A stretch of DNA of 64,000 nucleotides, taken from positions 1 through 64,000 of the forward strand of contig JBIJDH010000006.1 in assembly GCA_044344255.1 (NCBI GenBank). The letters are read 5' to 3'. The translations under genes were made by a program, and so were the position numbers. Of the stretch, positions 7,115-15,441 are shown in pieces (positions within the stretch are counted from its first letter, which is position 1; every line of letters starts with the position of its first letter). This DNA comes from Myxococcota bacterium (GTDB lineage: Bacteria > Myxococcota_A > UBA796 > UBA2385). The notes beneath the pieces are model-generated. The model searched no databases and had not been told where the DNA came from. It saw only the letters and a program-made list of their open reading frames with translations.

Positions 7115-9100
7115 ATGTCGCTCACCGCCCATCACATCCGGTTCCTGGGCCGCCAGGCCGCCGAGCACCGCTCGGACGGGATCCGCCGGGTGCACCTCCT
7201 CACCAACACCGTCGGCTGGCTGGCCCTCGTGAGCGCCCTGTCCGCCGTGCCGCTCGTGTCCACCAACCTGGGCGTGGTCTACGGCGTGGGCTCCGTGGTG
7301 TACATGGCGGGGCTCGACGCCCTCGCCGCCCTCCTCTTGGGCGCGGTGGGGGCCGGGTGGGCGCTCCTGCCCGCGGCGCCGGGGGGCGCGGCGGTGGGCG
7401 TGCCGGTGGCGCTCGCGGTCTTCACCGGCTTCGGGCTCGCGGCGCTGGCCTCACACGTCTACTACCACGAGCACGCCGCCTTCCTCGCCGATGAGCCCCG
7501 TGGCCGACGGCTCGCCGATACGCTCCACGTCATCTTCTTTGGGGCCTTTCAGTTCTTGACCCTCACCCTGCTCGACCGGGGCTGGCGGCCGGCGCTGCGG
7601 GAGCGGCTGCGGGCCGAGGAGCGGCGCCTCTGCCTCCGCCGCGAGCGGGTGCCGTGGACGAATTGGGGTGGCACGGCCGCCTGCACCGCGGCGGTGAGCT
7701 GGCTGCCGGAGACCACCGAGGACGTGGTCGCGATCGTGCGCGAGTGCCGAGCCCGCGGGGGCTCGCTGCGGATGGTCGCCTCGGGCTTCTCCTGGCCGCG
7801 CCTCGTCCCGACCGACGATACGCTCGTGTTCACCGAGCGCCTCGACTCGCTCGCGCTCGACACCACCGATCCCACTCGCCCCCTGCTCGTGGCCGGCGCG
7901 GGCGCCACGAATCGGCAGATCAACACCTTCCTCGCGCCCCACGGCCTCGCGCTGCCTTGGAACGTGGTCCTCGAGACGGTGCGCATCGGCGGGACGGTCA
8001 GCACGGGGACACACGGCTCGGGCCGCGACACGGCGACGATGGGCGATCTGCTCGAGGCGGTCGAGCTCGTCGACGCCACGGGCGCGCTGCGGCGCTTCAC
8101 GCCGGCCGACGGGGACGTCTTCGACGCGCTGCGCCTCTCGTTCGGGTCTTTCGGCGTGGTGACGCGGGTCTGGCTGCGCCTCCGGCCGATGACGGCGATG
8201 CGGCAGGTGGACCGGAAGGTGCCCCTCGACGAGGCCCTGGCGAAGCTGGAGGCCTACACCCGCGAGCACGACGCGGTCGAGCTCTATTGGTTCCCGTTTA
8301 CGGACTGGGTGTGGCTGCGCACCCTCGACCAGACCGACGCGGCGGTGACCCACCGACCCCTGTCCTCGTGGGCCGTGAAGGCGCAGCATTACGTGCAGAT
8401 GTGGGGGCTGCGGCAGGGGACGCGCCTGTGCGCCCGCCGCTGGCCCCGCGGGCTGCCGGCGTGGATCCGCTTCAGCACGCGCTGGCTGCGCTTCGGCGAG
8501 GCGGTGGTGCCTCTGCCGGACGCGGTGCACTATCGACAGTGGATCGAGTCGATGCGCGTCGGCTGTGTCGAGGCCGCCGTGCCGATGGCCCCGGGCTTCG
8601 AGGGCGCGCGCCTCGCCTTTGCGCAGCTCCGCGCCCGCACCGAGGCCTGGGCCGCGCGCGGCCAGTATCCGATGAACCTCGCGGTGAACGTCCGCTTTAT
8701 CGGGGAGAGCCGGGCGCTGCTCTCGCCGGCCTTTGGGGAGCCGCTCACGATGTGGATCGAGGCGCTCTGTCAGGGCCGCTCGGAAGGCTGGGAGGCCTTC
8801 TCCGGTGAGCTGCTCGCCGACTGGCTGTCGCTGCCGGGCGCGCTCCCCCATTGGGCGAAGGAGCTCGCGCAGCTCCCCGGCGGGCTCCCCCGCCTGCGCG
8901 ATCTGGCGGGGCCGCGCCTCGGCCGCTTTGTCGCCGCGCGACAGCGGGCGGGGGTGGACCCCGAGGGGATGTTCTTGAACCCGCTGCTGCGCACCCTGCT
9001 CAAGCCCGCGCGCGCCTGCGGGGCCGCGGACCGGCCGTTCGGTATGGCCGAACAATACTCTTCGGATCATCCCGATGGACCGGGGGCACAGGCGAGGTGA
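7115..9100 (+). CDS. Fusion: Mpo1/DUF962-like membrane domain + FAD-dependent aldonolactone oxidase (ALO/GULO family)
   Basis: N-terminal H-x8-H, TM helices, SHVYYHE and GWRPALR; then WTNWGG, IGGTVSTGTHGSG, SFGSFGVVT, ELYWFP, PHWAK, DPEGMFLN. Confidence 0.85.
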   Translation: MSLTAHHIRFLGRQAAEHRSDGIRRVHLLTNTVGWLALVSALSAVPLVSTNLGVVYGVGSVVYMAGLDALAALLLGAVGAGWALLPAAPGGAAVGVPVALAVFTGFGLAALASHVYYHEHAAFLADEPRGRRLADTLHVIFFGAFQFLTLTLLDRGWRPALRERLRAEERRLCLRRERVPWTNWGGTAACTAAVSWLPETTEDVVAIVRECRARGGSLRMVASGFSWPRLVPTDDTLVFTERLDSLALDTTDPTRPLLVAGAGATNRQINTFLAPHGLALPWNVVLETVRIGGTVSTGTHGSGRDTATMGDLLEAVELVDATGALRRFTPADGDVFDALRLSFGSFGVVTRVWLRLRPMTAMRQVDRKVPLDEALAKLEAYTREHDAVELYWFPFTDWVWLRTLDQTDAAVTHRPLSSWAVKAQHYVQMWGLRQGTRLCARRWPRGLPAWIRFSTRWLRFGEAVVPLPDAVHYRQWIESMRVGCVEAAVPMAPGFEGARLAFAQLRARTEAWAARGQYPMNLAVNVRFIGESRALLSPAFGEPLTMWIEALCQGRSEGWEAFSGELLADWLSLPGALPHWAKELAQLPGGLPRLRDLAGPRLGRFVAARQRAGVDPEGMFLNPLLRTLLKPARACGAADRPFGMAEQYSSDHPDGPGAQAR

Positions 9101-9121
9101 AGGTGGAAGGGAGAGGTGCAC

Positions 9122-9688
9122 ATGCTCTGGTCCTGTCTCCCCCGCTCCGCGACCCTCCCCCTCACGCTCACCACCCTGCTGCTCGCCTGTGGCGGCGCCG
9201 ATCCCGCCGACGAGGGCCACAAGGACGGCTCGGCCGCGGCCGAAGACACCGCGGACGGCGGCGACGGCGACGGCGGCGCCTCCGCCGACGAGGACACCGC
9301 CTCGGCCGCCGACACCGCCGACACCGCCGATGGGGGCGAAGACAGCGGCGACCTCGGCCCGGCGCCGAGCTTCGAGGTGGACGTCGAGCCGATGTTCCAA
9401 GGGGCCTGTGGCGCCTGCCACTACGGCGAGCCGGAGGGGCTGCACTTCTTCGGCGAGGGGGTGTACGAGCTCCTCGTCAATCACGCCTCCGGCCAGCTCC
9501 CGACCATGGACCGGGTGGAGCCCGGCTCCCTCTCGCAGAGCTACCTCTGGCGGAAGCTCCAGGGCACCCACGTGGAGGCGGGCGGCAGCGGCGCCGAGAT
9601 GCCGCCGAGCGGCGGGTACCCCCCGTCGCTGTCCGAGGAGCAGCTCCGGGTGGTCGAGCGGTGGATCGAGGGCGGCGCCCTGCCCTGA
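9122..9688 (+). CDS. Monoheme c-type cytochrome lipoprotein
   Basis: Lipobox LLAC, acidic linker, CGACH, VEPG...SYL..KL, MPP, WIEGGA. Confidence 0.8.
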   Translation: MLWSCLPRSATLPLTLTTLLLACGGADPADEGHKDGSAAAEDTADGGDGDGGASADEDTASAADTADTADGGEDSGDLGPAPSFEVDVEPMFQGACGACHYGEPEGLHFFGEGVYELLVNHASGQLPTMDRVEPGSLSQSYLWRKLQGTHVEAGGSGAEMPPSGGYPPSLSEEQLRVVERWIEGGALP

Positions 9689-9761
9689 AGGAGAGGGCAC
9701 CACGGGGGCCCGCGACATCGGGGGCCGCTGCGTTAGCTCGGCCCTCCACGGAGATCCCACC

Positions 9762-11549
9762 ATGTCCGGTCGCTTCCGCGAGCTCCTCCGCCGCCTCCGC
9801 GGGGCACCTCCGCCCCCCGCGCGGGGCCGCCCGCCCGAGGGGCCAGTCACGGCGCGGGCCCCGACCCCGGCGGCTGCCCCCCCGGACCCCGTCCGCGCGG
9901 TGCTCGGCTACCACGACCGCACCAAGCACCAGCCCGGTCGGTACGCCCGATCCCTCGGGATGCTCGACTGGGAGAGCCAGCCGGACCCCTTTCGCTGGTA
10001 CGACGGCGCCCCCAAGCTCCCCTTGGACCTCGTCGCCCCCGCGGCGGAGGGCCCCCGCTTCGAGGAGCCCTTCGTGGAGGGCGCGCTCCCGCCCGCCCCG
10101 CTGGACCGCGCCTCGATCTCCCGCCTCTTCCAAGACGCGCTCGGCCTCTCCGCCTGGAAGCAGGCCGGCGACGCCCGCTGGGCGCTGCGGGTGAACCCCT
10201 CGAGCGGGAACCTCCACCCCACCGAGGGCTGGCTGATCACGGGCCCGGTGCCGGGGCTGACCGCCACCGGCGGGGTCTTTCATTATCAGCCCTATCTGCA
10301 CAGCCTCGAAGACCGGGGGGCCCTGTCGGAGGGCGCCTGGGCGCGGCTCGGCCTCCCCGAGGGGGCCCTGCTCGTCGGCCTCTCCAGCGTCGTGTGGCGA
10401 GAGAGCTGGAAGTACGGGGAGCGGGCCTATCGGTACTGCCAGCATGACGTCGGCCACGCCCTCGCCGCGGTGGCCCTGTCGGCGGCGGCCCTCGGCTGGC
10501 GCTGCCGGCTGCTCCACAGCCCCACCGACGACGACATCGCGGCGCTGCTGGGCATCGACAGCCAGTCGGGCATCGAGGCGGAGGAGCCCGACGCCCTCCT
10601 CCTCCTCTCGCCGACCGACCCGCCCGACCCGACCTGGCGCGACTGGCGGCCGCCCGCGGGCCTCTCGGTCGAGCGCCCCCCCGCCACGCCGCGCCGCTTG
10701 AGCGCGGAGCACCATGACTGGCCGATCCTCGAGGCGGTGTCGCTGGCGGCGCGCTGCCGGGAGCCTGTCCCCGCCGCGCTCTTCGAGCCCACCCGCCGGC
10801 CAAACCTCGGCGTCGAGGTGGGGGACGCGCCCTTCTCCTTCCGCACCATCCTCCACCAGCGCCGGAGCGCCGTCTCGATGGACGGTCGCAGCGGAGTGAC
10901 CCGCGCCGCCTTCGAGCAGGTGCTGTGGAAGCTCGTGCCCGGCGCCGGCTTCGCGCCCCACGCCGCGCTCCCCTGGGCCCCGCGGGTCCACCTCCTGCTC
11001 TGGGTGCACCGGGTGCAGGGCCTCGAGCCCGGTCGGTATCTGCTGCTCCGGGACCCGGCGCGGGAGGACGAGCTGCGAAGGGCCCTGTCCCCGCATTTTC
11101 TGTGGGAGACCCCGACCGGATGCCCCGAGGGCCTGCCGCTGGTCTGCCTCAGCCGGGGGGACAGCCGCCGCGAGGCGGCCGGCGCGAGCTGCGGGCAGGA
11201 CATCGCCTCAGACGGCTGCTTCGCCGTCGCGATGTTGGCGGAGCTCGGCCCGACGCTGCGCGCCGGCGGGCCCTCGTTCTATCGGCGCCTCCACTGGGAG
11301 GCCGGCCTCGTCGGCCAGCTGCTCTACCTCGAGGCCGAAGCGAGCGGCCTCCGCGGCACCGGCATCGGCTGCTTCTTTGACGACGTGACCCACAGCGCGC
11401 TGGGGCTCCGTGACCCCGACTGGCAGGTGCTCTATCACTTCACCGTCGGCGGGCCGGAGGAGGACGGGCGGCTCCAGTCCTTGCCCGCTTATGCCCACCT
11501 CGAAGATCCGGCGCTCGGCACCCACCCCGACCGGCGCGGCAGCGGCTGA
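9762..11549 (+). CDS. SagB/ThcOx-family dehydrogenase (tandem nitroreductase domains)
   Basis: YHDRTKH, LRVNPSSGNLHPTE, WKYGERAYRYCQHDVGHA, QRRS, GIGCFFDD. Confidence 0.9.
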   Translation: MSGRFRELLRRLRGAPPPPARGRPPEGPVTARAPTPAAAPPDPVRAVLGYHDRTKHQPGRYARSLGMLDWESQPDPFRWYDGAPKLPLDLVAPAAEGPRFEEPFVEGALPPAPLDRASISRLFQDALGLSAWKQAGDARWALRVNPSSGNLHPTEGWLITGPVPGLTATGGVFHYQPYLHSLEDRGALSEGAWARLGLPEGALLVGLSSVVWRESWKYGERAYRYCQHDVGHALAAVALSAAALGWRCRLLHSPTDDDIAALLGIDSQSGIEAEEPDALLLLSPTDPPDPTWRDWRPPAGLSVERPPATPRRLSAEHHDWPILEAVSLAARCREPVPAALFEPTRRPNLGVEVGDAPFSFRTILHQRRSAVSMDGRSGVTRAAFEQVLWKLVPGAGFAPHAALPWAPRVHLLLWVHRVQGLEPGRYLLLRDPAREDELRRALSPHFLWETPTGCPEGLPLVCLSRGDSRREAAGASCGQDIASDGCFAVAMLAELGPTLRAGGPSFYRRLHWEAGLVGQLLYLEAEASGLRGTGIGCFFDDVTHSALGLRDPDWQVLYHFTVGGPEEDGRLQSLPAYAHLEDPALGTHPDRRGSG

Positions 11550-11561
11550 CCGACCGCCGCC

Positions 11562-12899
11562 TCAGTCCGGCAAGGCGCGGCCGCGGGTCTCGATGGTCCA
11601 AGGCAGGAGGGCGAGGCCGACGAGCGGCACGACCGCGACCCAGGTGAGGAGATCGAGGGCCGCCACGAAGGCGTCTGCGCCACGGGCGGCGATGGAGCCC
11701 ACCACGAAGGGCCCGGCCGCCGCCAGCACGCGCCCGGCGTTGTAGCAGAAGCCCGCCCCCGTGCCGCGGAGGCGGGTGGGGAAGAGCTCGGGCAGGTAGT
11801 AGGTGAAGCTCCCAAAGACCCCGAAGACCGTGAGCCCGACCGGCAGATAGAGCCAGAGCCGCAGGTGCGCGGGCCACTCGACGCCGAAGGCGAGGAAGAG
11901 CGACAGGGCGGAGAGGGAGAAGTAGAGCGCGTACATCGGCCGCCGGCCGAGGCGCTTGGCGATCGGCACGGTGGTCAGCGTGCCGATGAGGCCGCCCAGG
12001 TTGAAGAGGTTGGTCGCCGTCGTCTTGGTGCCCTCGATCAGGGCCTGGCGGTCGGCGCCGGTGCGGCCCTCCGCCGCCGCGAGGGCGTCGCCGATACCGC
12101 CGGCCACGAGCGGGATGAAGGCGTTGCAGCCCCACCAGGTCAGCATCGCCACCGCCGCCACCGCCATGCCGCTGAAGGTCACCGCCCGCCACTCGGGGCT
12201 GAAGAGCTCGGCGAAGCGGCCACGCTCTGGCGTGGGCCCCGCCGCCTCCGCCCAGCGCGTCGGCTCGGCGAGGCTGGCCCGCATGAAGAGGGCGGCCACC
12301 GCGGGGAGGGCGCCCACGGCGAAGACCCAGCGCCAGGAGGTGGCGGGAGAGTCGGTCAGCCAGACCCCGGCGATGAGCCAATTCACCGCCGTCGCGAGGA
12401 AGAGCCCCACCGGCGCCGAGGCGTAGAGCAGGGCGCCCGCCTCCACCCGCCGGTGCTCGGGCACGACCTCGGCCACCATCGCCGCCCCCGCCGCCCACTC
12501 GCCGCCGATGCCGAGCGCCGCGATGGCCCGAAAGAGCAGCAGCACCCAGAGGTTGGGCGCGAGGGCGCAGGCGCCGGTGCCGAGGGCGTAGAGGGTGATG
12601 GTGGCGACCATCGTGCGGCCGCGGCCCCAGCGATCGGCCACCCGGCCGAAGAGGAGCCCGCCCGCCGCGGAGCCGAGGAGGAGCACCGCGCTCGCGACCC
12701 CGGTCCAGAAGAGGGCCGCGGACTTGCCCTCCGGCGTGCCGAGCGAGAGGCCGAGCAGGGTGGTGACACAGTTGGCTGCGACGTAGTTGAAGAGCAGGGC
12801 GTCAAAGATGTCGAAGCCCCAGCCCACCCAGGCCGCGGCCATGACCTTCCACTGGGCGCGGTTCATGTCGAGGGCGAGGTGGCGATCGGGGGTGTCCAT
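11562..12899 (-). CDS. MFS transporter
   Basis: About 12 TM segments; GRVADRWGR, GIGGEW, ELFPTRLRGTG, ETRG. Confidence 0.93.
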   Translation of the reverse strand: MDTPDRHLALDMNRAQWKVMAAAWVGWGFDIFDALLFNYVAANCVTTLLGLSLGTPEGKSAALFWTGVASAVLLLGSAAGGLLFGRVADRWGRGRTMVATITLYALGTGACALAPNLWVLLLFRAIAALGIGGEWAAGAAMVAEVVPEHRRVEAGALLYASAPVGLFLATAVNWLIAGVWLTDSPATSWRWVFAVGALPAVAALFMRASLAEPTRWAEAAGPTPERGRFAELFSPEWRAVTFSGMAVAAVAMLTWWGCNAFIPLVAGGIGDALAAAEGRTGADRQALIEGTKTTATNLFNLGGLIGTLTTVPIAKRLGRRPMYALYFSLSALSLFLAFGVEWPAHLRLWLYLPVGLTVFGVFGSFTYYLPELFPTRLRGTGAGFCYNAGRVLAAAGPFVVGSIAARGADAFVAALDLLTWVAVVPLVGLALLPWTIETRGRALPD

Positions 12900-12971
12900 G
12901 CGTCCGGGGCCGTCCTGGAAGAGCGACCCCCCCGCTATCCCGCGTCGGCGCCGCGCTCCCCCGCGCGCGGC

Positions 12972-13922
12972 TCAGCTCACCGGGAGCCAGCCCTGCATCC
13001 AGGGCTTGGCGCGGTAGCGGTCCCAGGCGTCGGGGAGGACGGTGACGACGGGCCCGTCGAGGCCGCCCCGGGCCGCCACGCGCAGGGCGGCGACGACGTT
13101 GGTGCCCGAGGAGCCGCCGACGAGCAGGCCCTCCTCGCGGACGAGGCGCTGCACCATCGCGAAGCTCTCGTCGTCGCTCACCCGCTCGGCGGCGTCGATG
13201 ACGTCGCGGTGCAGGTTCGCGGGCACCTCGCTCCCGCCGATGCCCTCGACGGCGTAGGCGCCGTCGGGCCCGAGGCGGCCGGTCTCTACCCAGTCGGCGA
13301 GCCCGGAGCCGACGGGATCGGCGAGCACGATCCGCACCCCGGGGCGCGCCGCCTTCAGCCGCCGGCCGACCCCGGAGATCGTGCCCCCGGTGCCGGCCCC
13401 CGCCACGAAGGCGCCGACCTGCCCGCCGCACTGCTCGAGGATCTCCTGGCCGGTCGTCTCTTCATGCACCCGGACGTTGGCGGGGTTGCGGAACTGGTCA
13501 GCGAGGAGCCACCCCTCTTCGGCCGCGAGGCGCGCCGCGACCTGGCGGAAGTTCTCGGGGCTGGAGGGCGGGGCGTTCGGCGTGATGAGGACCTTCGCGC
13601 CGAGGAGGGCCAGCGCCACGCGCTTGTCTACCGACATCTTCTCGGGCATCACGACGACGAGCCGGTAGCCGCGCGCCGCGGCGAGCAGCGCGAGGCCCAC
13701 GCCCGTGTTGCCGGCGGTCGCCTCGATGATCGTCATGCCGGGGCGGAGGGCGCCGCGGCGCTCGGCGTCCTCGACGATCGCCTTGGCGAGGCGGTCCTTG
13801 ATCGAGCCGCCCGGGTTGAGGTGCTCGCACTTCACCCACACGGGCACGGGCAGGTCTCGGCCGACCCGCTGCAGGGCCACGAGCGGGGTGCCGCCGATCT
13901 GATCCAGGACGGTGGGTCTCAT
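12972..13922 (-). CDS. PLP-dependent cysteine synthase/cystathionine beta-synthase family protein
   Basis: KCEHLNPGGSIKDR, EATAGNTG, GAGTGGTISG, EGIG; no CBS domains. Confidence 0.92.
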   Translation of the reverse strand: MRPTVLDQIGGTPLVALQRVGRDLPVPVWVKCEHLNPGGSIKDRLAKAIVEDAERRGALRPGMTIIEATAGNTGVGLALLAAARGYRLVVVMPEKMSVDKRVALALLGAKVLITPNAPPSSPENFRQVAARLAAEEGWLLADQFRNPANVRVHEETTGQEILEQCGGQVGAFVAGAGTGGTISGVGRRLKAARPGVRIVLADPVGSGLADWVETGRLGPDGAYAVEGIGGSEVPANLHRDVIDAAERVSDDESFAMVQRLVREEGLLVGGSSGTNVVAALRVAARGGLDGPVVTVLPDAWDRYRAKPWMQGWLPVS

Positions 13923-14008
13923 GTCCGCGCTCCTCGGGCTGCTCTACCCCGCGCCGGGCGGGGGCGGCCGTGGGGTAGGCTCCGGCCGGGTGGGCGCGGG
14001 CGCTCGCC

Positions 14009-14368
14009 GTGGAGGACCCCTTGACCACCTGGATCGCCTTCCTGTTCTGCGCGCTCGGCTCGGGCGCCCTCTGCGCCGCCGGGGCCCTGGCGGTCTTCTT
14101 CGTGCACCACGGCCCCACCCAGGCGCTGTGGGGCGTCTTGATGGCCGCGATGCTCGGCTTCGGGGGCGGTGGGAGCTTCGGGGTCGCGCTCGTCCGTCTG
14201 GGGGAGGCCCTGAAGGCGCGCGCGCAGGCGAAGGGCGCCGCGGCGTCCGGCCTCGTAGCCGCCAGCCACGGCCTCTCCATGGTCGTCCCGGCGCTGCGGG
14301 CCCTGTCCGGCCTGGGCGCGGTGGGCTTCGTGCTGGTGGTGGAGCTCGTGCTGCTCGTCACCCTCTGA
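14009..14368 (+). CDS. Small membrane protein (3 TM), hypothetical
   Basis: 119-aa hydrophobic ORF with high GC3. Confidence 0.6.
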   Translation: MEDPLTTWIAFLFCALGSGALCAAGALAVFFVHHGPTQALWGVLMAAMLGFGGGGSFGVALVRLGEALKARAQAKGAAASGLVAASHGLSMVVPALRALSGLGAVGFVLVVELVLLVTL

Positions 14369-14384
14369 GCGACGGCGGCCCGCC

Positions 14385-14721
14385 TCAGGGTGTCGTGGCG
14401 TCCGCGCAGCATCGAAAGCCGGTGCTGTAGTCGTGGTAGTCGCGGCTGTGGGCGGTGGTGGAGTAGGTGCAGCCAGGGCCGTTGATGCTGCCGTCGGCGT
14501 AGAAGCCGCCGCGGAAGGTGCCCTCGGCGTCCGAGTGCTCGGCGCCGTAAGGATAGAGCGGAGTCTGCGCCGCCGGAGTCGGTCGGGAGGCCGGAGTCGT
14601 CGTCGGGGTCGGCCGCTGCCTTGCCCGGGCCGGAGGGGTCGGCCGCGCAGGCGAGGAGCAGCAGGGCGGCGGCCGGGCCGCAGGCGAGGGGACGAGCGGA
14701 GAGAGCGGGGCGGTCCGACAC
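14385..14721 (-). pseudogene. SUMF1/FGE-sulfatase-domain lipoprotein relic (internal deletions, frameshift)
   Basis: Frame 1 gives lipobox LLLAC + acidic linker; frame 2 (14558-14385) gives LYPYG...GTFRGGFYADGSINGPGCTYSTTAH..DYHDYSTGFRCCAD*, the FGE-domain C-terminus. Confidence 0.7.
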
Positions 14722-14740
14722 GGGGCACCTCGGCCCCGCC

Positions 14741-15346
14741 TTAACGGCCCCAGAGGCTCGGCAGCGCGTCTCCCTCGAGGTCGGTGGCGTAGTCGGAGAG
14801 GAATTGGGCGGTGATGCCCCGGATGGCGGCCGTGGCCCGAAGCGCGGCCTGCAGGGTCTCCCCCCAGGGGGGGCCCTTCGCGCGCTCGATGGCGAGCGCG
14901 GCCAGCTCGATCACGTCCTCCTCCCGATAGGAGCCGGGGAGGGGAGAGAGCGTGTCCTCGGGGATGAGGTCGTAATACTCCCGGAAGGGGCTCGTGGGCG
15001 CGAGGACCGTGCGGAGGCCGTGGGCGCCCGCGAGGGTGGCCTGCAAGCGGAGGCAGGCGTGCTCTCGCCAGTCGAGGCCCATGTCCAGCGGGAAGCCCCA
15101 GTCCCGCTCGGTGAAGGTCTCCTCTCCGTTCGTGATCCAGTGGCAGATCTCGTGAAAGATCATCTGGGCGGCGGAGTCATCGGGATCGAGCGTGTCCTTC
15201 GGGCCGAGCTCGAGCAGGCCGGTGCCGTCGGTCATCGAGAAGATGGCCGGGTTTCGGCGGATGGTGAGGCCAAAGCGCGCCGCGGTGGCGTACCAGACGA
15301 GCTCGAGCGGGTCGAGGTACCGAGCGTCGATGGGGCGGGTGTACAT
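14741..15346 (-). CDS. Hypothetical protein with HExxH motif (EpmC/YfcM-like pattern)
   Basis: FHEICHWITNG.....DWGF, followed by EHAC. Confidence 0.65.
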   Translation of the reverse strand: MYTRPIDARYLDPLELVWYATAARFGLTIRRNPAIFSMTDGTGLLELGPKDTLDPDDSAAQMIFHEICHWITNGEETFTERDWGFPLDMGLDWREHACLRLQATLAGAHGLRTVLAPTSPFREYYDLIPEDTLSPLPGSYREEDVIELAALAIERAKGPPWGETLQAALRATAAIRGITAQFLSDYATDLEGDALPSLWGR

Positions 15347-15441
15347 GGCGGGCGAGCTAACCGGGCGGCTCCGGGCTCGCGTCCCGCGGAGGGGCCAAGG
15401 AGATCGAGGTCAGCTCTCGGGCGATCACCGCTTGTCGGCGG

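Noticed and set aside
9762..11549. RiPP (azole) cluster suggested by the SagB/ThcOx gene
   Set aside because: No YcaO, E1-like protein or precursor peptide nearby; this tandem-domain form often stands alone.
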